Shown here one piece after another: positions 35,373-46,410 of a DNA stretch of 64,000 nucleotides (position 1 is its first letter; every line of letters begins with the position of its first letter). The stretch is from assembly GCF_963921235.1 (NCBI RefSeq), contig NC_086108.1, positions 101,000,001 through 101,064,000 of the forward strand. The letters run 5' to 3'. A program made the position numbers and the translations under genes. Source of the stretch: Mobula hypostoma. Lineage: Eukaryota. The notes under the pieces were generated by a model. That model was given only the letters and a program-made list of their open reading frames with translations. It was not told the DNA's origin and did not search any database.

Positions 35373-37095
35373 TGTCATACAGGGGCGTCGTTGAAGTACT
35401 AGGAACAGGACTTGACTAGAGAGCTGGGAGAAGAACATAAACCTGGGCTAGGACATTGGCTAGGCAAATGGGACCAGGACAAAGAACTGGGAGCTAGGAG
35501 CCTGGCCATGGACTCCGAGTCGGAGACTGGACAGGGACCCAGAACCTGCGTCTTGACTTGGGCTCGGACCCTGGAACTAAGCGAAGACATGGCTGGCTAC
35601 AGGACTGAACATGGCTTGGGTTCTTCGAGGCGAGGACATGACGAGTCTTGGGTTCTTCGAGGCGAGGACATGACGAGTCTTGGGTTCTTCGGGGCGAGGA
35701 CGTGACGAGGCTTGGGTTCGGGCTCGAGCCAGAGACTGGACAAGGACCCAGAACCTGGGTCTTGACTCGGGCTTGGACTCCAGAACTAGGCAGAGACATG
35801 ACTAGGCAAGGCTACAGGACAGAATGAGAGACTCCTGGGCAAGACGAGGGAACTCCAGTACAGGAGAAAGCACATGAACAAGGCAAGGCACATGGACAGG
35901 ATGAGAACACGAAGCCTTGACTTGGTATTCAGGAACAGCCGACCCTTGGACTTGGGACGACAGGAACCTCAGAACCTTGGACTTGGGACGATAGGAACGC
36001 AGAACACAGAGCCTTGGTCTTGGGACGACAGAAACACAGATCCTTGGTCTAGAGCACGGGAACACAGAGCCTTGGACTTGAGAGGCAGGAACACAGGGAC
36101 ATGGAACACAGAGGCAGGACCCCTCCTTGGGAACAGAACTTGGGGCCGGGGCTCTGCACAGAACGCTGAATACGACAAGACGGTTCCCAACACTAGGTGG
36201 CGACAAACGGCCAGACCTACCTAGCAAAGGCGTGGACACAGAGACAGTTCCCAACACTAGGTAGAGGCAAACGAACGGACCTACCTAGTAAAGGCGTGGA
36301 CACAGAGACAGTTCCCAACACTAGGTAGAGGCAAACTGACGGACCTACCTCGTGAAGGCATGTACACAGAGACAGTTCCAACTCAACAATAGACAGTTCC
36401 TTATATTTACACAGCAAGGCTCCAGTCTCGCTTCAGTGGCAGAACTTGACAAGCTTGCAGGCAGGGCTCCAGGCACAGGTCGCAGGGCAAGGCTACAGAC
36501 ACAGGTTGCAGGGCAGGGCTCCAGGCACAGGTCGCAGGGCAAGGCTACAGACACAGGTCGCAGGGCAAGGCTACAGACACAGGTCGCAGGGCAAGGCTAC
36601 AGACACAGGTCACAGGGCAGGGCTACAGACACAGGTCGCAGGGCAGGGCTCCAGGCACAGGTCGCAGGGCAAGGCTACAGACACAGGTCGCAGGGCAGGG
36701 CTCCAGGCACAGGTCGCAGGGCAAGGCTACAGACACAGGTCGCAGGGCAAGGCTACAGACACAGGTTGCAGTGCAAGGCTACAGACACAGGTTACAGGGC
36801 AGGGCTCCAGGCACAGGTCGCAGGGCAAGGCTACAGACACAGGTTGCAGGGCAAGGCTACAGACACAGGTCGCAGTCAGGTCTCCAGACACAGGTCGCAG
36901 GCAAGGCTTCAGAAGGAAGGGGAAGGGAAGGGAAGGGAACAGTCCACCCTCAGGGTAACGGCAAAGATGGCCTGACTTACCAATGGAGGCAAGGACAGGA
37001 AGGGACAGATCCAACCACAGGGTAACGGCAAAGATGGCCTGACTTACCCCACGGAGGCGAGGATGGGATACTGACGAGACGAACCAGCAACCACA
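35373..37095 (-). mobile_element. Truncated LTR-like element of the 16697-18867 family
   Basis: Starts tgtcat; shares tgggaccaggacaa, acccagaacctg, gaagggaacagtcca and gggtaacggcaa motifs; far end cut at the Nimb tail. Confidence 0.7.
36458..36905. repeat. 26-bp minisatellite, roughly 17 copies of two variants
   Basis: cagggcaaggctacagacacaggtcg / cagggcagggctccaggcacaggtcg. Confidence 0.95.
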
Positions 37096-40000
37096 CTTCT
37101 TCTTCTTCTTCTTGTGTTGTTTTATGGCAGTTGGCAAAACCAACTTTAAGGTGCATTGCTGCCACCTGCTAGACTGGAGTGTGGATCGTTGGATAAAGAG
37201 TAGAAGGGAAAAGAATTGCATTCCCTATATTCTATATAATAAACCTGAGTCTTTCAGATACTTCATGATACGGATCTGTATTTCTTTGAATTCCCACTTA
37301 AAATATCTTCTATACCCACATCAGTTTGTTTGTTTATCTTAAGCACTCCTATCATCTTCACTCTTTCTTTCTGATACTTCTTACATTTTTTCGATACATA
37401 GAAACATAGAAAATAGGTGCAGGAGTAGGCTATTCGGCCCTTCAAGCCTGCACCACCATTCAGTATGATCATGGCTGATCAACCAGCTCAGAACCCTGTA
37501 CCTGCCTTCTCTCCATACCCCCTGATCCCTTTAGCCACAAGGGCCATATCTAACTTCCTCTTAAATATAGCCAATGAACTGGCCTCAACTGTTTCCTGTG
37601 GCAGAGAATTCCACAGATTCACCACTCTCTGTGTGAAGAAGTTTTTCCTCATCTCGGTCATAAAAGGCTTTCCCTTTATCCTCAAACTGTGACCCCTCAT
37701 TCTGGACTTCCCCAACATCGGGAACAATCTTCCTACATCTAGCCTGTCCAATCCCTTTAGAATTTTATACATTTCAATAAGATCCCCTCTCAATCTTCTA
37801 AATTTCAGCGAGTATAAGCCTAGTCGATCCAGTCTTTCATCATATGAAAGTCCTGCCATCCCAGGAATCAATCTGGTGAATCTTCTTTGTACTCCCTCTA
37901 TGGCAAGAATGTCTTTCCTCAGATTAGGGGACCAAAACTGCACACAATACTCCAGGTGTGGTCTCACCAAGGCCTTGTACAACTGCAGTAGAACCACCGT
38001 GCTGCTATACTCGAATCCTCTTGCTATGAATGCCAGCATACCATTCGTCTTTTTCACCGCCTGCTATACCTGCATGCCCACTTTCAATGACTGGTGTATA
38101 ATGACACCAAGGTCTCGTTGCACCTCCCCTTTTCCTAATCGGCCACCATTCAGATAATAATCTGTTTTCCTGTTCTTGCCACCAAAGTGGATAACCTCAC
38201 ATTTATCCACATTAAATTGCATCTGCCATGAATTTTCCCACTCACCTAACCTATCCAAGTCACCCTGCATCCTCCCAGCATCCTCCACACAGCTAACACT
38301 GCTGCCCAGTTTTGTGTCATCCACAAACTTGGAGATGCTGCATTTAACTCCGTTGTCTAAGTCATTTATATATATTGTAAACAACTGGGGTCACAGCACT
38401 GAGCCTTGCGGTACTCCACTAGTCACTGCCTGCCATTCTGAAAAGGTCCCATTTATTCCCATTCTTTGCTTCTTGTCTGCCAACCAATTCTCTATCCACA
38501 TCAATACTATACCCCCAATAGCATGTGCTTTAAGTTTGTATACTAATCTCCTGTGTGGGACCTTGTCAAAAGCCTTTTGAAAGTCCAAATATACCACATC
38601 CACTGGTTCTCCCCCATCCACTCTACTAGTTACATCCTCAAAAAATTCTATGAGATTCATCAGACATGATTTTCCTTTCGCAAATCCATGCTGACTTTGT
38701 CCAATGATTTCACCACTTTCCAAATGTGCTGTTATCACATCTTTGATAACTGACTCTAGCATTTTCCCCACCACCGATGACAGGCTAACCGGTCTATAAT
38801 TACCCGGTTTCTCTCTCCCTCCTTTTTTAAAAAGTGGGGTTACATTAGCCACCCTCTAATCCTCAGGAACTAATCCAGAATCTAACGAGTTTTGAAAAAT
38901 TATCACTAATGCCTCCACTATTTCTTGGGCTACTTCCTTAAGCACTCTGCGATGCAGACCATCTGGCCCTGGGGATTTATCTGCCTTCAATCCCTTCAAT
39001 TTACCCAACACCACTTCCCTACTAACATGTATTTCCCTCAGTTCCTCCATCTCATTAGACCCTTGGTCCCCTACTATTTCCGGAAGATTATTTATGTCCT
39101 CCTTAGCAAAGACAGAACCAAAGTAGTTATTCAATTGGTCTGCCATGTCCTTGTTCCACATGATCAATTCACCTGTTTCTGATTGTAAGGGACCTACATT
39201 TGTCTTAACCAATCTTTTTCTTTTCACACATCTATAAAAGCTTTTACAGTCAGCTTTTATGTTCCCTGCCAGCTTTCTCTCATAATTTTTTTCCCTTTTC
39301 TTAATTAAGCCCTTTGTCCTCCTCTGCTGGACTCTGAATTTCTCCCAGTCCTCAGATGTGCCGCTTTTTCTGGCTAATTTGTATGTTTCTTCTTTGGAAT
39401 TGATACTATCCCTAATTTCCATTGTCAGCCATGGGTGCACTACCTTCCCTGGTTTATTCTTTTGCCAAACTGGGATGAACAATTGTTGTAGTTCATCCAT
39501 GCGATCTTTAAATGCTTGCCATTGCAAATCCACCGTCAACCCTTTAAGTATCATTGGCCTTCTATCTTAGCTAATTCATGTCTCATACCTTCAAAGTTAC
39601 CCTTCTTTAAGTTCAGAACATGTTTCTGGTTGATTACAGTATTCACACAACCCAGTTGGATGTTTCCCTATTTTGTGTAATGTGTAATTAAGACTAGTGT
39701 GTCCAGTTCTTAAATGACTGATGATCACTTCTGTCTTTCTATATCCACTTGACAATCTTTTGTATCTGACTGACCTCTGTATTTTGTACAGTTGTCTCCC
39801 TGTTTCACTCTCATCCCAATGCTTCTGCCATGTCTCCTCAAAACGTGTTTTAATAATGCTCTTGACTTCCGCTTTGCTGAGAGGGATCTGGACCTCTATT
39901 ATAAATGATTTGAGCAATTGTTTAGCTGTACTATCCGCCTGTTCATTACCCTCCACTCCACAATGAGCAGGAACCCAAAGAAAGCTTACTTCTACCCCAT

Positions 40001-40362
40001 TTTTGTTCAGTGTATATAACTTGCATAAAGTCTCCAATAAAATATCCTGCCTAGTTTCTGATTTTCTTGATTTGATCGCGGTTAATGCAGATAAACTGTC
40101 TGAACAGATTACAGCATTTTTGATATTATTTTCTTCTATCCAAGATAATGCACTCAATATTGCCATTAATTCTGTTGTATACACTGATAAATGGTTTGAT
40201 ATTCTTTTCCTGATACTAGTTTTGCACTGAGGAATGTAGACCGCCATACCTGTGTGACCAGATCTAGGGTCTTTTGATCCATCGGTAAATGTTACAAGTT
40301 CATTTCTAAAATGCGAGTCTATATATTCCTGTACTATCTGTTTGATTCCATAGCTGGACTTC
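37096..40362 (-). mobile_element. Nimb/I-group LINE 3' portion (RNase H and CCHC), split by a CR1
   Basis: (gaa)n tail at 37096; 3' motif ccacactccagtctagcaggtggcagcaatgcacc; frame FTDGSK..ELMAI..CSDSLSAL..WVPAHCGVEGNEQAD..LRTGH..CEYCNQPET resumes as CKKYQKER past the CR1. Confidence 0.85.
37397..39620 (-). mobile_element. Young CR1 LINE, 5'-truncated, with several stops
   Basis: ORFs 37488-38057, 38064-38384, 38391-38852 and 38856-39554 are one frame broken by stops; closely similar to 10774-13027. Confidence 0.95.
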
Positions 40363-40497
40363 TTTTTTTAAAGAAAAAAAAAGTGTTGTAGTCTGGCGTA
40401 CTGACCTCTACCTTGCCGAGGCACAGCGACAACTCGCTGATACCTCCTCTTATTTACCCCTCGATCGTGACCCCACTAAGGAGCACCAGGCCATTGA

Positions 40498-42435
40498 CCT
40501 GCTCTGGATCTCTTTATCGCTAACTGCCGACGGGACATCAATCGTCTCGACTTCACCGCACCTTGTCCCCATTCCAACCTCACTCCTTCGGAACGCTCTG
40601 CTCTCCACTCCCTCCGCACTAATCCTATCCCTATTATTATACCCGCCGATAAGGGGGGTGCTGTTGTAGTCTGGCGTACTGACCTCTACCTTGCCGAGGC
40701 ACAGCGACAACTCGCGGATACCTCCTCTTATTTACCCCTCGATCGTGACCCCACTAAGGAGCACCAGGCCATTGTCTCCCACACTATCAACGACTTTATC
40801 CGCTCAGGGGATCTCCCATCCACTGCTACCAACCTTATAGTTCCCACACCCCGCACTTCCCGTTTCTACCTCCTACCCAAGATCCACAAACCTGCCTGTC
40901 CTGGCCGACCTATTGTCTCAGCTTGCTCCTGCCCCACCGAACTCGTTTCTGCATACCTCGACACTGTTTTATCCCCCCTTGTTCAATCCCTTCCGACCTA
41001 TGTTCGTGACACTTCTCACGCTCTTAAACTTTTCGATGATTTTAAGTTCCCTGGCCCCCACCGCTTTATTTTCACCATGGATGTCCAGTCCCTATATACT
41101 TCCATCCCCCATCAGGAAGGTCTCAAAGTTCTACGCTTCTTTTTGGATTCCAGACCTAATCAGTTCCCCTCTACCACCACTCTGCTCCATCTAGCAGAAT
41201 TAGTCCTTACTCTTAATAATTTCTCCTTTTGCTCCTCCCATTTCCTCCAAACTAAAGGTGTAGCTATGGGCACCCGTATGGGTCCTAGCTATGCCTGCCT
41301 TTTTGTTGGGTTTGTGGAACAATCTATGTTCCGTGCCTATTCTGGTATCTGTCCCCCACTTTTCCTTCGCTACATCGACGACTGCATTGGCGCTGCTTCC
41401 TGCACGCATGAAGAACTCGTTGACTTTATTAACTTTGCCTCCAACTTTCACCCTGCCCTCAAGTTTACCTGGTCCATTTCCGACACCTCCCTCCCCTTTC
41501 TAGATCTTTCTGTCTCTGTCTCTGGAGACAGCTTATCCACTGATGTCTACTATAAGCCTACTGACTCTCACAGCTATCTGGACTATTCCTCTTCTCACCC
41601 TGTCTCTTGCAAAAACGCCATCCCCTTCTCGCAATTCCTCCGTCTCCGCCGCATCTGCTCTCAGGATGAGGCTTTTCATTCTAGGACGAGGGAGATGTCT
41701 TCATTTTTTAAAGAAAGGGGCTTCCCTTCCTCCACTATCAACTCTGCTCTTAAACACATCTCCCCCATTTCACGTACATCTGCTCTCACTCCATCCTCCC
41801 ACCACCCCACTAGGAATAGGGTTCCCCTGGTCCTCACCTACCACCCCACCAGCCTCCGGGTCCAACATATTATTCTCCGTAACTTCCGCCACCTCCAACG
41901 AGATCCCACCACTAAGCATATCTTTCCCTCCCCCCCCCCTGCATTCCGCAGGGATCGCTCCCTACACAACTCCCTTGTCCATTTGTCCCCCCCATCCCTC
42001 CCCACTGATCTCCCTCCTGGCACTTATCCGTGTAAGCGGAACAAGTGCTACACATGCCCTTACACTTCCTCCCTTACCACCATTCAGGGCCCCAAACAGT
42101 CCTTCCAGGTGAGGCATCACTTCACCTGTGAGTCGACTGGGGTGATATGCTGCGTCCGGTGCTCCCGATGTGGCCTTTTATATATTGGTGAGACCCAACG
42201 CAGACTGGGAGACCGCTTCGCTGAACATCTACGCTCTGTCCGCCAGAGAAAGCAGGATCTCCCAGTGGCCACACATTTTAATTCCACATCCCATTCCCAT
42301 TCTGACATGTCTATCCACGGCCTCCTCTACTGTAAAGATGAAGCCACACTCAGGTTGGAGGAACAACACCTTATATTCCGTCTGGGTAGCCTCCAACCTG
42401 ATGGCATGAACATTGACTTCTCTAACTTCCGCTAG
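40498..42435 (+). CDS. Penelope RT plus GIY-YIG endonuclease; frame open from 40498, first Met at 41077
   Basis: Hand translation shows no stop from 40498: PADKGGAVVVW, LPKIHK..GRPIVS, MDVQSLYTSIP, GVAMGT, RYIDD, FLDL, YKPTD, CKRNKCYTC, VICC...YIGET. Confidence 0.85.
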   Translation, partial: PALDLFIANCRRDINRLDFTAPCPHSNLTPSERSALHSLRTNPIPIIIPADKGGAVVVWRTDLYLAEAQRQLADTSSYLPLDRDPTKEHQAIVSHTINDFIRSGDLPSTATNLIVPTPRTSRFYLLPKIHKPACPGRPIVSACSCPTELVSAYLDTVLSPLVQSLPTYVRDTSHALKLFDDFKFPGPHRFIFTMDVQSLYTSIPHQEGLKVLRFFLDSRPNQFPSTTTLLHLAELVLTLNNFSFCSSHFLQTKGVAMGTRMGPSYACLFVGFVEQSMFRAYSGICPPLFLRYIDDCIGAASCTHEELVDFINFASNFHPALKFTWSISDTSLPFLDLSVSVSGDSLSTDVYYKPTDSHSYLDYSSSHPVSCKNAIPFSQFLRLRRICSQDEAFHSRTREMSSFFKERGFPSSTINSALKHISPISRTSALTPSSHHPTRNRVPLVLTYHPTSLRVQHIILRNFRHLQRDPTTKHIFPSPPPAFRRDRSLHNSLVHLSPPSLPTDLPPGTYPCKRNKCYTCPYTSSLTTIQGPKQSFQVRHHFTCESTGVICCVRCSRCGLLYIGETQRRLGDRFAEHLRSVRQRKQDLPVATHFNSTSHSHSDMSIHGLLYCKDEATLRLEEQHLIFRLGSLQPDGMNIDFSNFR

Positions 42436-42730
42436 GCCCCACCTCCCCCTCGTACCCCATCTGTTACTCTTTTTTATGCACACATTCTTTCTCTCACTCT
42501 CCTTTTTCTCCCTCTGTCCCTCTGAATATACCTCTTGCCCATCCTCTGGGTCAGCCCCCCCCCCCATCTTTCTTCCCGGACCTCCTGTCCCATGATCCTC
42601 TCGTATCCCCTTCTGCCTATCACCTGTCCAGCTCTCGGCTCCATCCCTCCCCCTCCTGTCTTCTCCTATCATTTTGCATCTCCCCCTCCCCCTCCAGCTT
42701 TCAAATCCCTTACTCACTCTTCCTTCAGTT

Positions 42731-42766
42731 AGTCCTGACGAAGGGTCTCGGCCTGAAACGTCGACT
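42731..42766 (+). ncRNA. Minimal type I hammerhead ribozyme
   Basis: agtc-CTGACGA-agggtctcggcct-GAAAC-GTC-gact: intact core, stem I agtc/gact, stem II agg/cct, palindromic ACGT in place of stem III; predicted cleavage after C42762. Confidence 0.75.
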
Positions 42767-43839
42767 GCGCCTCTTCCTATAGATGCTGCTTGGCCTGCTG
42801 CGTTCACCAGCAACTTTGATGTGTGTGGCCTATAATTTCCTTTTTTTTGCCTTCCTTCCTGCTTAGAGAGTGGAGTGACATTTGCAATTTTGTATATCCT
42901 TTGATGTTCTGCTCCCAAGTATGGCCTTCTTTCAGCTACGACTCAGTGATGCTCACAACCTCGTACTGACCAATCTCTAATGGCGGTATGAGTTCGTCCA
43001 TCTTATGCCGAATGCTATGCGCATTTAAATTCAGCACCTTTAGTCCTGCATTCTTTGCCCCTTTGAATTTTGCTTCCGTGGTTCAATTTCACTCTTTTTT
43101 TCTGTCTGCATTTGTACCCAGTCATTGGCTTGTCCTTCCTTACATTCATGTTACATCCATCATATATTCGTAAGCCTGCTGGAGCATCCTTAGCTCTATC
43201 ATACTGGTTCCCATCCTTCTGCCATATCAGTTCAAATCACTCCCAACAGCTCTGGTAAACCTGCCTACAAGAATGTTTTGTGGGCCGCAGGGCCTGTATT
43301 GTGCTATAGGTTTTTTGTGTAATATTGGTCCCCCTCGGAAGCAAGTGCAACTCGTCCTTTTGTGCAGGTGCCATCTATCCCAATTATCCAGAAATCTGAA
43401 TCCCTGCTCCCTGCTCCAATTCTTCAGCCATGCATCTATCTGCTGCTGTTTTCCATTTACTTCAGGGTTCGACGTGTGTATTCAGAGATGCCTCGTCTGC
43501 ACACTGCTGTGGACTCTAGGGTCCATTGTGCTGATATGAATGGCTTATCATATTATGAGCGTATTATGCCTCTGTGCCTGTACACACTGAAATTTAGAGG
43601 AATGATTGGGGGTGGGGAGCGGGGGATCTCTTTTAAATCTATGGAATGGTGAAAGGTCGAGACAGAGTGGATGTGGAGGGGATGTTTCCTATTCTGGAGG
43701 AGTCTAGGATAAGAGGGTACAACCTCAGAATAGAGCGATGTTCACTTAGAACAGAGATCAGGAGGAATTTCTTTCACGAAGGGTGGTGAATCTGTGAAAT
43801 TCATTATCATAGGCAGCTGTGGACGGTAGGTCACTGGGT

Positions 43840-44771
43840 TGTGAGGGGATCCAGGAGTTCCCCTATTAACAGTTTGAAGTGAGACAGAGACAGAGTCATT
43901 TATCACTGATATGTTGCTTTTGAAAAGAGAGGGAGAGACGAAGATTAACGGTTGGACTGTCACTTTAAGGCATTGGAAGTAACTTTGGATTTCTACTGAG
44001 TTGGCTTTGGAGATAGCACCGAGCAGCTCGAAGATTGCTATGGTGACTGAAGGCAGGTTGTTGGTGTTACTTTCAAGGGCAGGTTGCCTGCTTGCATTTC
44101 TTTGCAGACAAAGGAAGGCGGGAGTCTTTGAATGACAGGTGATGCTCAGCACAGAGAAATAAATGGGAGGTCAGATGATACAGACCTCAGACACATGATC
44201 TGGACACTGAATGAGCGTTGTTGTGCCTGCGGAGAAAGTGGGTTTTGGAGGATCGATCTGGCGGATGGATCCAATTGCTCTGCCAGTGAAAAATCAAAGG
44301 CAAGACCGGTGGGGAGTTGTCCATGTGTCCGACCCTGGCCTGGGTAGACAGCTCAACCACACCGAAGTATGGTCCCCCTTGTTATAGTCACAGTCGGTGA
44401 CTTGTGAAGGATTTTGGAGGACGACGAGAAGACCGACGGCAACAGCTCACCTGAAGACTCAACTCACCCTATCTCTCTCCACCGCTATTCAACGACATAC
44501 CATGAACTGAACTGAACTGAACTTTACTCAACATCGTAAGACTGTATCTTTTTACCCCTAGACTTAAAGAAGCTTGGTTTTCAGGCATATATTTCCACAC
44601 TTACTGACTTGCGTACTTATATATATTCATTGCTAACCTGTGTGAATTATTTACTTTGATATTACTGTATTGCGCAGTTACTAATAAATATTATTAGTTG
44701 TTAGCAATACGAGACTCCAAAGCGGTTTCTATTTCTGCTGGTTCTTTCTCCCCGTCACAGGGTACGTGACA
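43840..44771 (+). mobile_element. Solo LTR related to 51427-52472 and the 7210-8053 family
   Basis: tgtgag...gtacgtgaca with 4-bp TSD gggt; empty site tcattgggtgtattt in copy B near 58120. Confidence 0.9.
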
Positions 44772-45084
44772 GGGTGTATTTAAGGCGGAGGTTGATTGAT
44801 ACTTAAGTTAGGGCGTGAAAGGTTACAGGGAGAAGGCAGGAAAATAGTGTGGAGAGTGAAATGCATCAGCCATGGTGAAATAGCGGAGCTGATACAAAGG
44901 CCCAGATAGACTAATTCTGCTCTTTGTCTCCATGGTTTAAAATCCCAGAGGAACAGCAGTTTCTGAGATACTCAAACTATCCTGTCTGGCACCAACAATA
45001 ATTCCGCTTGGATCAAAATCACTACGATCACATTTTTCCCCCAGTCTGATGTTTGTTTGGTATGAAGAACAACTGAATTTCCTG

Positions 45085-46410
45085 TACCTAAAAAGACCAA
45101 GATAACATGTTTGAAGAACTGGCGTCCTGTCGCACTCACCTCAATAATAAGCAAAAGCTTTGAGAGGCTGGTCAAGGACCACATCTGTAGCTTGCTGCCA
45201 CCCACACTGGAACCCCTACAATTCACCTACTAACACAACCAATCGACAGATGACACAATAGCCACAGCTCTACACACCGCCCTTGCACATCTGGAGAAGA
45301 AGGATGCTTATGTGCAAATGCTGTTTTTGGACTACAGTTTAGCATTCAACACCATAATTCCCTCCAGGCTCAACAAGAAACTCAGAGACCTCAGCCTTCA
45401 CCCTGCCTTGTGCAGCTGGATTCTGGACTTCCTGTCAGATCGCCGGCAGGTGGTAAGAGTGGGCTCCCTCACCTCTGCCCCTCTGACTCTCAACACAGGA
45501 GCCCCTCAGGCCTGTGTACTAAGCCTCTTCCTTTACTCTCTGTATACCCATGACTGTGTCACCACCCACAGCTCCAATCTGCAAATTAAATTTGCTGACG
45601 ACACTACACTGATTGGTCTAATCTCAAATAATAATGAGGCAGCCTACAGAGAAGAAGTCATCACCCTGACACAGTGGTGTCAAGAAAGCAACTTCTCCCT
45701 CAATGTTGCAAAAATAAAGGAGCTGCTTGTGGACTACAGGTGGAATGGAGACTGGCTAGCCCCTATTGATATCAATCGATCTGGGGTTGGGAGGATGAAC
45801 ATCTTTAAGTTCCTCAGCATAAGCACCACCGAGGATCTCACGTGGTTTGTACATACTGGTGGTGTGGTGCAAAAAGGACCTCTTTCACTTCAGACTGTTG
45901 AAGAAGTTTGGTGTGGGCCCCCAAATCCTAAGAACTTTCTATAGGGGCACAACTGAGAGCATCCTGACTGCCTGCATCACTGCCTGGTATGGGAACTGTA
46001 CCTCCCTTAATCGCAGGACTCTGCAGAGAGTGGTGCGGATAGCCCAGCTCATCTGTAGATGTGAAGTTCCCACTATTCAGGACATTTACAAAGGCAGGTG
46101 TGTAAAAAGGGCCCAAAGGATAATTAGGGACCTGGGTCATCCCAACCACAAACTGTTCCAGCTGCTACCATCTGGGAAAAAGTAACAAAGCATGAAAGCC
46201 AAGACCAACAGTGTCCTTCTTCCACAAGGCCATCAGACTGATTAATTCACACTGATACAATTGTATTTCTGTATCATATTGACTATCCTGTTGTACATAA
46301 TATTTATTTTAAATTACTATAAATTGCACATTGCACATTTAGATGGAGACGTAATGCAAAGATTTTTACTCCTCATGTATATGAAGGATATAAGTAATAA
46401 AGCCAATTCA
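45085..46410 (+). mobile_element. Rex1/Babar-type LINE RT and 3' end
   Basis: WRPVALTS, MLFLDYSLAFNTI, LCSWILDFL, TGAPQ, KFADDTT, TESILTACITAWYGN, LLPSG. Confidence 0.9.

Larger units (their letters stand above)
40384..42825 (+). mobile_element. Penelope-like element (Neptune-type), 5'-truncated
   Basis: PLE RT motifs, Cys-rich linker, GIY-YIG endonuclease and a 3' hammerhead. Confidence 0.9.
29845..45084 (+). repeat. Tandem segmental duplication, copy A
   Basis: Colinear with copy B: 29845-31550~46233-47937; 31585-35372~52473-56500; 42826-43839~57117-58124; 44776-45084~58125-58426. Confidence 0.9.

Noticed and set aside
36352..37221. ORFs of 164-207 aa
   Set aside because: Translations of the 26-bp minisatellite, open in several frames.
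42229..42918. 229-aa minus-strand ORF
   Set aside because: Chimera of a CR1 fragment and antisense Penelope sequence.
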